DNA of 64,000 bases from Ostrea edulis (Eukaryota): positions 48,174,001-48,238,000 of the forward strand of contig NC_079166.1 of assembly GCF_947568905.1 (NCBI RefSeq), written 5' to 3'. The stretch's first letter is position 1. Every line of letters begins with the position of its first letter. The position numbers and the translations under genes were made by a program. Under the pieces are notes generated by a model, which saw only the letters and a list, made by a program, of their open reading frames with translations, did not search any database and was not told the origin of the DNA. Positions 39,701 to 51,700 of the stretch are shown piece after piece.

Positions 39701-42700
39701 ATTGATATTTTATTGTAAACTTCAATCATTATATTTGTCTTGTAGAATAAAATAAATGTATGTAGATCAGATTAGGTGTCTGCCAGTAGAACTGACACAA
39801 AATGTCAAGTCATGCTGTAGATTTCATCTGATGTACTTCCTGTTACCAATCCTGTTTTCAATTGCTAGTTCAGTTTTTTGTTCCAAGTGTGTGTTGAATG
39901 TAATTTTTCTTTATTTCACTTGCATTACTTTGACAGTATCAGAAAAAGCCTGATGCAGGCGATACTCTTGATCCCGAACCAATCAGAACGGTGGAAGGGG
40001 TAAAGCTACAGATATTGGGGTTGGAGGGTGGTTCTGTTATGTGTGTGGCAGAGTCCAACTTTCGCACCGTGTTTTGTAGTAAATCTTGCATTATTGATGT
40101 GGTTTGAAGTGAGGACAAGTGAGATGAAAATTGTGTATAAAAAGTAATGAATTGATGAGTAAGGTAATGGGATTTTAAGGTCTAATGTTGAGAAAAGCAT
40201 TGGGAGGATGTGACTGTGTTTTGGGGTGGGGAGGTTTATTCTGAGATTAGCACTTACAAATTGTGTTATGCTGTGGAATCATTGAAATTTCTGGGAGCCA
40301 ATTTTTGTGGAATACCAAGATTTTCCAGTTTCATTGGGATACAATTCAGAGGATATGATTTCTGTCTATTGAAACATCACATAAAGTTTTATTTTGTTAG
40401 CCTCGAAGTCCACAAATATTGAACCTCCTGAAAATTATTGATTCCACATTAGTTAGTGCACTATGCAATGTGTAGATTAGAGTGGTAAGCACAAGGCAAA
40501 GAAATCTATTTTAACGACATTTTCCTTTGGAAATATAAAGCTCTCGCATTACATATGCTACATATGCTTAGTGTTGACTCTTTAAGCTCTTTATGATTCA
40601 GTACTTATTTCACTACAGGTGCTTCAACGAGCCTTTGCAAAGACCTTGGATCCAATATCCCAGTTTGTACTCAATGAAGCCAGGTATTCCTTTTATTTAG
40701 ATATACTCAAGTTATATGTTTTTAAACAGAGAATTTCATTTTTCTGTGAAAATACTGTAGATATAGATACTAGTAAATCATTAAAAGATGAACAAAGGTA
40801 AATTAACTGTTGATGGTTTTCGTTGAATGTTGATCTACATCTTTACAGTGTTTTATAAACACAGTAACAACAATTGTTCACAGTAATATTTCACCTCTTA
40901 AGTCACAGTTGCTGCAAAACTGTAAATCTCAGGAAAATATTGGGACAGACCAATATTTTCCTTGAGAGCTATAGTTCTGCAGCTTATGTCTCGGTGGAGT
41001 ATGTACTTTGTATATTTAGAAATTACTAGATGAAAATGATAAAGATTATAACATTGTGCTTCAGACCCCGGCTGTCCCTGTCGCTGGTAGGAATGTTTAA
41101 GACATGTCTGGGACTCCTCAGTTCCATGCTGGCCAACAACAATGAGATTGGAGGCGAGCTCCATATTGAACGTCTGTATCTGTTCTGCCTCATCTGGACG
41201 TTTGGTGGACTGCTGGACAGTGCAGACAGAAAGTCATTTAGTGACATCCTTAAGAACCTCTCTAATGCGTGAGTGCAGATGTTTTTATATATATGTACCT
41301 GTCACTTTGCATGAATACAGATGCATAACTCAGTTGTAATAGATATCTCTAGTGAGTGTAATCCACTTGTACAGATAGAAGTCTGTAACGTATCATTACA
41401 CATCGATTTCTCTTTAGGGCTATTCCAGAAATAAATACATGGGGGGGTCGGGAGGCACCTTTTGTATATACCAAGCACCCATAAAAAAAAAAGAAAAAAT
41501 TACCCCATGACCCATCAAATTAATAAACTCATTTTACAATGACCCATCTAAAAAAAAAAAAACTAACCAGACCCACCACAAAAATATTTTTAAAAATGAA
41601 AACGGTACAAATCTCGCGAGGTTTTTGGGACAAACATTCTAGTCAATGACGCGGTAATGCCTGTGCGACATTGTATCACATTAGTTCTGAAGAAACGATG
41701 TCACATCAACAATCAAAGGCATCTATGGCGGGAATGTTGGAAAGATTGGGAGTCCAAACGATGCTATTATCATGAAATGGGTATGGATATGTTTTTCCAC
41801 GAATCGTTCGTCTTCTAATGGAGCCCGCGCCCGGAGGCCTCTATATCACCATCACACCGACTGATAAATATAACGCATCGGTACCCTCGTATAAATCAAC
41901 TAAGGTTTGCCTATTTTTATTAGAAAACGGAATACCTATTGGTTTCAAAATATTCCCAAAATCGATGCACTGTAAACTGTAATAATCTAAAGAACAGAGT
42001 TTGCCGCCATCACGTCCAAAGGGACCCTACTAAACGCGCCTCTAATTTGAAGAGTGCTGTAATGGAAAGTTATTCGCTGCAAAGAGCGACAACTCGAATA
42101 GTTCTACGTTACTTCCGATTTCCGATTTCGAAAGCAGCATTTCGAAAGCACGTTTTCAATTTTCCCTCCGACGTTTTGTAACCAACACGACTAGAGCGAC
42201 AATAAAAATATTCTGAAAACTCAACACCCATGTGGCACAAAATAAAACAATAGAAACTACCCACTACCCATAATAAATATTTTTTTAACAGTCCAACCAC
42301 GGACCAATTAAGATATGCAAAAATACGACCACCCACACAAAGAAATATCATTTGCCGCCCGACCCCCCCATTTGATCATTTCTGGAACAGCCCTTAGTAA
42401 ATGAGTACTTGTGACTGATCTCACACTCTATAAAGCAGAAGACAAAAACTGTAATCAATTTTTATTTGTGTGAAAGAAATATGAGTCAGATTCACAACAT
42501 CCTTTTCTCTCAGTGTTTGTTTCCACAAACCAATCATTTTTGCACATTCAGAAGTTGCAAGAGTTGGCTCACTCAGAAATTATGTTTGTTGCAAATGTGT
42601 TTCCAAACGGTGATTCACAACTGATAAAATGAATAAAAGTTGATTTACTGGGATTTGAAATACCTTTATTTCTAAAATGTGGGGTCAGATAAGAGATCCG

Positions 42701-45700
42701 ACTCTGCACTCTCATTTGATGAGTCTGATACGTTTTTTTTTGTGTGTGTGAAAAAACGGATAGCATATGGGCAGATAATTCAAGATTATATGAGTAGGAT
42801 TTTAGGATTCTCAATCCAAATAAAAAGCCATTCAAATCAAGGATTTAACAATCCATGCAAACATTTGTCTTTAAAACTTTGAATAAAAACTTAGTTTTTG
42901 ATATGTACATTTGCAGACTGCCAGATGATGATCGAGATATCTGCGTGTTTGATTACTATGTAGATGAATCTGGTGAATGGGATCCATGGACCTCAAAGTG
43001 AGTTATCTCCCTTTGACTGAAAAGGTGAAAATTACACGTTCTAAACATTTGGAAAGAATGACTTAACTTCCAATTTTTATTTAGACTGCCAGAAGCTGTA
43101 TATTCTGACAATCAAGACATGCTGGGGGAAGTCTTTGTGCCATCAGTAGACACAGTGAGTACTGGATCACATTTCATTCTATAAAGCCTGTCAGTTTACA
43201 TTTTGTTTTTGTTGTTGTAATTGCTTCAGTGAATTTGTCTGTCTACAGCTGCAACAATTTTATCAATTGCAATAATTTCCTTCAACAGATAAGAACAAGG
43301 AACTTGATGGAGTTTGCCTCTTTCTCTGGCCTCAATGTTCTGTTAGTGGGGGCCAATGGTTCAGGGAAAACCAAACTCATTGAGGAGTTCATCGATTACA
43401 TGGAAAGACTAGGTATGCATGAACTGATGATAGATACGTAGAATTATTTGTTCATCTTTCCATGGTAACTGTTGAAATGATTAGACAATTTGGAAACCAC
43501 CAGTATAAGGGTGAAAGAATGGAGGCATTGAGAATGAGAAATGCATTGTCTGAAGAAGGGAATAATGATTGTAAAAATAAATATTATTACAAAACTCACA
43601 CTGCTTTGAGAGATGACTAGAGATACTTCTGTGTTTCCAGACCCCCAGGCAGCAGTGTGGAAGAGACTGGTGTTCTCTGGATCCTCCACGGCTAAACAGC
43701 TCCAGTCCTTCTTAGATTCCAACATCTATCACAGACAAGGTCAGTACATACTTAAAGCTGTATGACCCGATGTTCATGTATTATTTTTGTACATAATTAC
43801 TTTAAAACAGATTAATTACTTTATAAAGTTATTAACTTTCCCTTAATTACATGCTTGAAAACATCTGCATGTAAAAGAAAACAGTGCGAATATTATTTAG
43901 TAAGTAAATATAGTGGCTACATATATAAATCATCCCATAATAGACGTCTATAAATAGACCCACGCGCGTCAGGGGAATCCCAACATGATGTATTAACTCA
44001 TACGCAACTGTCTAGTTTTAAGGCTGAAAGAGCGTAAAACAACGAATTACTAAGAGGTATTTGATATTTTTATTTCTATTAAACTTATGGTACGGTACTG
44101 TTATAACAAAATACAGATAAGACCACCGATGATCTGAAAGTTTGAACTGGTCACGTGACTGTCACTTGAAATGGCAGAGTGACGCAGTTATTTGTAAACA
44201 TCGATTTAAAATCAAATTATTTGGGTTAAAACAGGTGAAATAATTTATGATATATCGTACAGTCTCATAACTACATACGTGCGATGATTTAATAGCGTTT
44301 TTACGAGATGGAAAAAAATATTGTAATTCGGACCATACAGCTTTAAGGCAGCCCTGTTTTGTGACAGCTTTAGGTTCCTTGACGATGCATTTGAGGGCAA
44401 TTAGTGTTAAACAATTCTCTACTAAAGACAATGTCAACTGTGACAGTGTTGTTGGATCTTTGAAAAAATACATTTGGTGAATGACTTTGGAATCATTGCA
44501 ATAGCTTATATTATGTTTACATTCCATGTGAAATCGGAGTACACATGATTTCGAGTTTATTTTGCTTTAGGCTTTGTGTATGGTGCCAAAGACAAGAAGA
44601 AGCTGAAGGTGTTCATTGATGATGTGAACCTACCAGTTCCTGATGAGTATGATGTACAGAGGTGCAATGAGGTAACAGTCCAGGAGAAGTAAAAAATTCA
44701 AATCATGGAAATAGAAATCATACCTTTGAAAATACATGATCCGCCCCTGATAATATAAAAAATTTATTACTTTACAGTTGCTTCGCCAGCTTTTGGATGA
44801 CAAGATTTTGTGTAAACTACAGAAGCCATTTGAGATGAAAACGGTGGAGGGAATGAGTATTATCTCTGCCATGTCCATGTCTGAGCAGGCCAATGTCAGC
44901 AGCCGTCAGCTCTCGGACAGGCTACTGGTCAGTCTAACTGCAAGGCATCTGTCATTTTTTGGGGGAGAGACTCATTATACTGAGTGTGGTTGTAACTGTG
45001 TTTTGTATTATTTCAGAGGCATTTTGCAGTCTTCAATCTCTCAACTCCACAAGAAGATGCATTGAAGAGTATTGTTCATGGAATTTTAGATGTAAGACCT
45101 ACAAGAAATTTTCTCAAACTTCTGATATTCATGTAGATACATATATATACCCATTACAGTATACCTTTATTATGCAGATAAGACAGACTTTGTTATTTTG
45201 GTATACTTGTAGTTCTACTCTGCTAATTAAGGTTCTATATGTAAATAGGTGAACATGACAGATGGAGACCGCCCTGGTCTTGACATTGACCTTCACAATG
45301 GACTGGTCAAGGCCTCATGTGAGTTGTTGAAGTCTCTGCAGAATGTACTGCGACCTTCACCAATGCATGGTAGACGACATTATCTCTTCACACTGAAAGA
45401 CATTACAACTTGCTTCCAGGTAAAGTTTAACTTTTAAGTACATAGAAGGGGCTCAGAATGGAAACTGATGAATGATACTGATGTATACAGTTAACTGGTT
45501 ATGTGAGAGGAAAATGAGTATGAAAGTCATGTGATGTATCTTTTTATTGATTTATAGTGTTTGAAACGATTACCAGAGGAAAGCAGGGCAGATGAGACTT
45601 TGATCCCTGTCATATCTCTATGGCGACATGAAATGCATAGAATTATCCGAGATCGCCTGAGTCGAACATCTGACCTGATATGGTTTGACTCTACAATCAA

Positions 45701-48700
45701 GGAAATCATTGAACAGGTAAAACATGAATTATTAGGATTCCACTAAGTGTGTGGATTCAGGCTGATAACATTTCAGTTGGTTTACTGTGAACATTTGTCT
45801 TCTACTTTAACCAAAAAATCACTGCTCATCCATTACAACACCATTGTTATTTATTGTATGGATAAGCATTGTTAATCATATTGGTAGCTAGGTCTCCTAT
45901 TTGATTTTGTGGTATTTTTACAGACATTGTTAATCGTATTGGTAAGGTCTTCTATAACTGTTTGATTTTGTGGTATTTTTATAGACATGGCCAGAACTGA
46001 AGGATCCGCTCCTGGACTATTTTGTGACCTTCCCCACAGATGCTAGACTTTATCAGAGGCCAGTCACTTCTGTCGGTACCAAACATATCAAGGTAAGGAA
46101 ATAGAGTGCTTTATCAGACTTATAGTGCTGATCAATTTTTAAATTAATTTTCACGTTAAACTAATTTGTTTATCATAAGTCTTTGTGAAAGTTTACCCAG
46201 TTCTCACTTTTCAATTCACACCAATCTATATACATTTAATTATGTATTTTCCAATTATTTTTATTGGATAAAAAGAACTGGATAGTACTGGAAGATAATT
46301 TTTGTTCACAGCTTTTTATGTGATATTGGTTTTATTCTTGTATTCCAAATGAAATCTGTTTCCACTCTGTTTTGAAGTCATAGTTTTATTTCATTATTGA
46401 TGCACTTTTGATTTCAAGGATTTATCACTCAATGAAAATAGCATTAATAAACTGCTGTGAAAATAAGTCTTTATGCAGTAATAGTGCTTAGAATTGTATC
46501 ACGTCAATTCCAGTATTGAAGAAATCTCAATAAGATTATGTGGGACTGATTTTATAATAACTTTTACAGGTTGTCCTACAGCCAATTGAGAACCTGAGGG
46601 ATGTACACAGCTGTTTGAGCACTCACCTGACCAGATATAACGAGGAGTTCGGAAATATCCGACTGGATGTTATGCTGTCGGATTTCATCATCTCCCATGT
46701 TATCAGAATGCACCGAGTTCTTAGCTTCCATCATGGGTCAGTAAAGGGGCTAGTTAAAATATCCCATTCCATTATTAAACAATCTTCCCTATATCAGTTC
46801 TTTCCCAAAATATAAGAAATCTTGGTTCATGTTGTTTACAGTGAGAACATGTTGTTGATTGGTTTATGTTGTTTACAGTGGGAACATGTTGTTGATTGGT
46901 TTATGTTGTTTACAGTGGGAACATGCTGTTGATTGGTTTATGTGGTTTATGTTGTTTACAGTGAGAACATGCTGTTGATTGGTTTATGTTGTTTACAGTG
47001 GGAACATGCTGTTGATTGGTTTATGTGGTTTATGTTGTTTACAGTGAGAACATGCTGTTGATTGGTTTATGTTGTTTACAGTGAGAACATGCTGTTTATT
47101 GGTTTATGTTGTTTACAGTGAGAACATGCTGTTGATTGGTTTATGTTGTTTACAGTGAGAACATGCTGTTGATTGGTTTATGTTGTTTACAGTGGGAACA
47201 TGCTGTTGATTGGTTTATGTTGTTTACAGTGGGAACATGCTGTTGATTGGTTTATGTTGTTTACAGTGGGAACATGCTGTTGATTGGTGCAGTGGGCTCC
47301 CACCTGGCCACCCTGTGTAAACTTGCTCTTCATGTAGCAGATGTCCCCATTCACAAAATGGACACCTCCAAGAGGAGCAACTTCTTTGATGGCTTGAGGT
47401 CTGCTGTAAGACTCTGCGGGTCAGAGGGTAAAATCCTGGCTCTTATGTTCACAGTAAGTATGATACTTTTTAGAATTTGTAACACTTCTCAAGCAAATTA
47501 ATTTCTTTGTGTGTTTCATATGTTACGATATGTATCATTTGAACTAAAGATGCCTTATATAATGTGTTGCAGTACACTGTGTTAAGTATAGGTATTCATT
47601 TTCATGAGATATCTTATAAGCATATGAAATCATGATACTTTTTCATCAAAACACAGAAATAATAGTTTTAAGTATGAAACTGAGGTAATGAGCATAAACT
47701 TTTGACAGATCCATGTACAATATTCACTTTTTCGAAAACATTGGAGGGTTACTTCTTATTTGAAGTCTCGGTACTAGTTCTATGATAATTGAATTCATGA
47801 TGAAGGTATCAATTAAAGAATAGGCACAGTCATATATCACACTGATTTTGACTACAGATGACTCTGTTTACCTGATCAAGATTTAGGGCTCACGGTGGGT
47901 GTGACCAGTTGACAAGGGATGCTTACTCCTCCTAGGCACCTGATCCACCTCTGGTATCCAGGTGTCCATGTTTGCCCAACTCTATATTTTGTATTGCTTA
48001 CAGGGGTTATGAGATTGATCACTATGCGTTTTATCCACGCCTTTTATCAAAATGAGTTGGAAGTCCCAACTACATTTTCTTTATGTATTTTAACCTCAAT
48101 ATCTCAAACCCTTGGATATCTCAAAGTTTTCTTTTTGCCCCAATGAGTTTGAGATAATAAGATTCGACTGTATTCTGAAAAGTCCATCATAACTTGATCT
48201 ATTTTATTCCTCCAGGCACGAGACCTTGAGGACCCTGTGTACTTGGACGCCATCAACAGTCTGCTGATTAGTGGCGAGTATCCACACCTGTTTACCAATG
48301 ATGAAATGGAGGGATTACTACTGGTAAAACATTTAACCAAGAGTACAAGTGAACATGGCTTTTAAAAAAATGAATATTATTAATATTTTCTTGTCATGAC
48401 ACACGTACAGGTGTATTCATACATTATAAACCTTTCTGCCCACAGGCCATTGGTCCAGCTATGAAGAGGGAGTTTCCCAGCCTTTCGGTTGATCCAATGA
48501 AATTCTTTGTTGCAAGAGTGAAGAGTAATTTGCATATCTTGATGTGCCTGCAGCCAATGAACAGTCTTCTGAAGTTATCTGCAAGGTATTTATTTTGATT
48601 TTTTTTTTTATTGTACAAAAAAATATGAGTTTTTTGAAAATTCATTGTGCATAAATTCACTTGAATTATACTATCAATTGTCCTTTTTCAGTCAGTATCC

Positions 48701-51700
48701 CGGTTTGCTGAGTGGGTGTGCCATTAACTGGATGTGTGATTGGCCTCAGGAAGCCTTACTGGGAGAAGCTTCCTACTTCATCACCCGCTACCAACTCACC
48801 GAGGAGTTTGAAAATCTCAGGTTCATATTTATCAAGTGGTATACATTATGAGCATAATAGATATCAAACCCTTGTTAGTTCTTGGGTGAACTGCAAACTG
48901 AAGACAAATTTGTTGCATTGCGAATAATTGGGTAGGAAGATTTTCCTGGTTTTATTTTAAAAAAAAAAGAAGAAGACATTCATGGTCATTTTTCAAGGTT
49001 TATCATTCTTTACTCATGATATTCACATACTTTCATGTAGGATTTGAAGTTATTGATGTGTGAAAACCACAAATCAAGATAGAGTTTAGGCTATCATGAA
49101 AATTAGTGATTTCAATGCATTTCATGTTTTTTGCACAGTGAAAAAGTGACATCATGCTTGGCCAACATTCACAGCTTTGTCCTGAGGGACTGTGCCCAAT
49201 TACCATGGGCAGGTGACCTCAGTGAGGATATAAACATTAATCAGGTCAAGGTCGAGAAAAAGAAGGACCAACAGATTGTCAAATTCCTCCCAGCCAAGGT
49301 CCCCAATCTGCCTTATTCCAAGGTCATCCTGCAAGAGAAGATCAAGTGAGTTTATTTAAATATCTTGACAACTGATATGAAATTAATGAAATTTCCTATT
49401 TGTATTAAGTACATGTGACTGATTATTGCAAACATTATGAATTGAATAAATTCATGTACCGTATATACTCGCCTATAAGTCGGTCTGCCTATAGGTCGGT
49501 TGTATTTTTTAAGGTTATTTTGTAGGAATTTGCCATTGACCCGCTTATAAGTCGGTACAAATTTTTGTCGGAATCAGTTGACAATTTCAAGTCAATGCTC
49601 TAGTGTTTTTACCTATGTTTCAAAAAATATTTTGAGAAATTAATAATTATGAGGTGCTCAATATCCAAGCCATATCTATTTGGGGTTTAAACACAACCCT
49701 TGATCTATTATGGACAATGATCCCTTGTTTACCTAAGCCATTATGGTCTCCTAATTACCAGTACTTGACACTGTGTTTACTAAGTGGCACGTGCCTTTCG
49801 AAAACTGTTATTGTGGGATTCTGGTATAATTCATTGTATCAACAAGAGAGTTTTTAAGAGTCAAGAATGATGATCTAAATTATCTGTTAACAATATTCAA
49901 TCTTTTATGAAATATATTTCAGCTGGTATACATATGAATATTTCAATATTAAATCGGGTTTGTAATTCAATTTTACCGATAAACGATAGATTACCGGTAT
50001 GTAAATAATTTTTAACTAGATAAAAAATATGTGAATACTTGTACTTTATACATAATTTTAAAATTCATAAACAATACAATATGTCTAGATATTTGTGAAC
50101 AATAATAATTTGTGTGGTAGTCCATGATAATCGTCGGAGTTGTTGAAAAAACACTACATTACGCCGCCCAGAAAAATACCAATCTTCTTAGGACGCACCT
50201 ATAAGTCGGATATAGAGTTTTGGACCAAAAATTGACTCCCAAAAATCCGACTTGTAGGCGAGTATATACGGTATATAATATATATATATATATATATAAT
50301 CACATTGCTTTGACTTGAACCTGACTTATAGGCGAGTATATACGGTACACATTTGTGTTGTTGTATTGTGAACTTGATTTCTATTTGCAGACTTCAGCAC
50401 AGATCAGATGACATGAAAGCCAAAAATGAGACATATGTTGGACCCACAACGTACAGGAGATTTATGGAAACATTCAAGTTCCTGTACAACACAAAATGTC
50501 AGGAGAGAACGGAAACCGTGGACCAACTCAAGTCAGTTCTGCCACTGTTGTCTCACTTCCTGTGTTCCTGTCAGATTATTTGAACATCTTCAGAAATTTA
50601 AGAAGATAGGTTTTTTTTTAAGAAGAAAAAAAACATAATGGATAAATCATGCTAAGATCAATAAGTAAAAAATAATATCAATGGTTATGTAAGAGTGAAT
50701 TAAAGGTAATCAAAATTATATGTTTGACGTATCTCCCAATCAACTTAGAAATGATGAAGTTGATTATAGTAAGAAACCATGACTTTGTAAAGTGCAGCTG
50801 TGTGCATGGTTTTCTTTGTCCTGCAGACGAGTGCTTCATACCTTGGATCAAACACGTCACGATGTCAAGATCATGAAGAAGGCCATCAAAACCATCACCA
50901 CCAAATTTGAAGATGCCAAAAAGACAACCAGCAATCTGATGAAACAGTTGACCACCAAAGCCACGGCTCTGGAGAAACTGAAGTCCCGAGTGACGGTTGG
51001 CACAGACCTCGAGGCCCACATGAAGCTGTACATGACAGAGAGCGAGGATGAGGAGGAGGAGGAGCTTCTTCTACAGGAGGAGTACGATGATTACGATAAG
51101 GAGTTTGACAAGATGAGGGAGGCGAAGCTAAAGAACCGACAAGCTGTGGCCAAGGAGGAGCTCATTCAGGCTCAGAAACACGTGGAGGAGTGTCGGCAGA
51201 ACTTGGAGTACGCCAGACAGCAGGTGAGGGGTCAATGATACAGGGAGGTATCTACAAATTAAGCCTATACAGGGAGGGTATTGCTCCAGTTCTGTTTTGT
51301 TCTAATTTTGCTGTTCTTTTTGGTCCTCATTTTCTTTTGAGAAATTTTGTAAAGGATGTATGTATTGATTAAACAAGTCAAAATGGGGAGATCAGAAATT
51401 GGTTGATATAGTATTTCAGTACATCAGAGCAGAAATAACTGTAGATGAACATTTTCCAGAGGACAGTGTATTATGATTTCTGTAATTACATGTGTAATGT
51501 TTGTGCTCCGTTTACCATCATCTGGATGGCTTGATCAGGAATCAAAAAGAAAATACTTCATTTGCTTTATTTTGTGGTTGATGAATTGGATGTTCTTTTT
51601 CAATACTTGTAGAGAATATTTTGTGTTCTAGGTTATAATCTGGAAGGCCAAAGTAGACAGGCCTAGTATTGAGAGGCTGAAAGGATTTGGTAATCCACCA

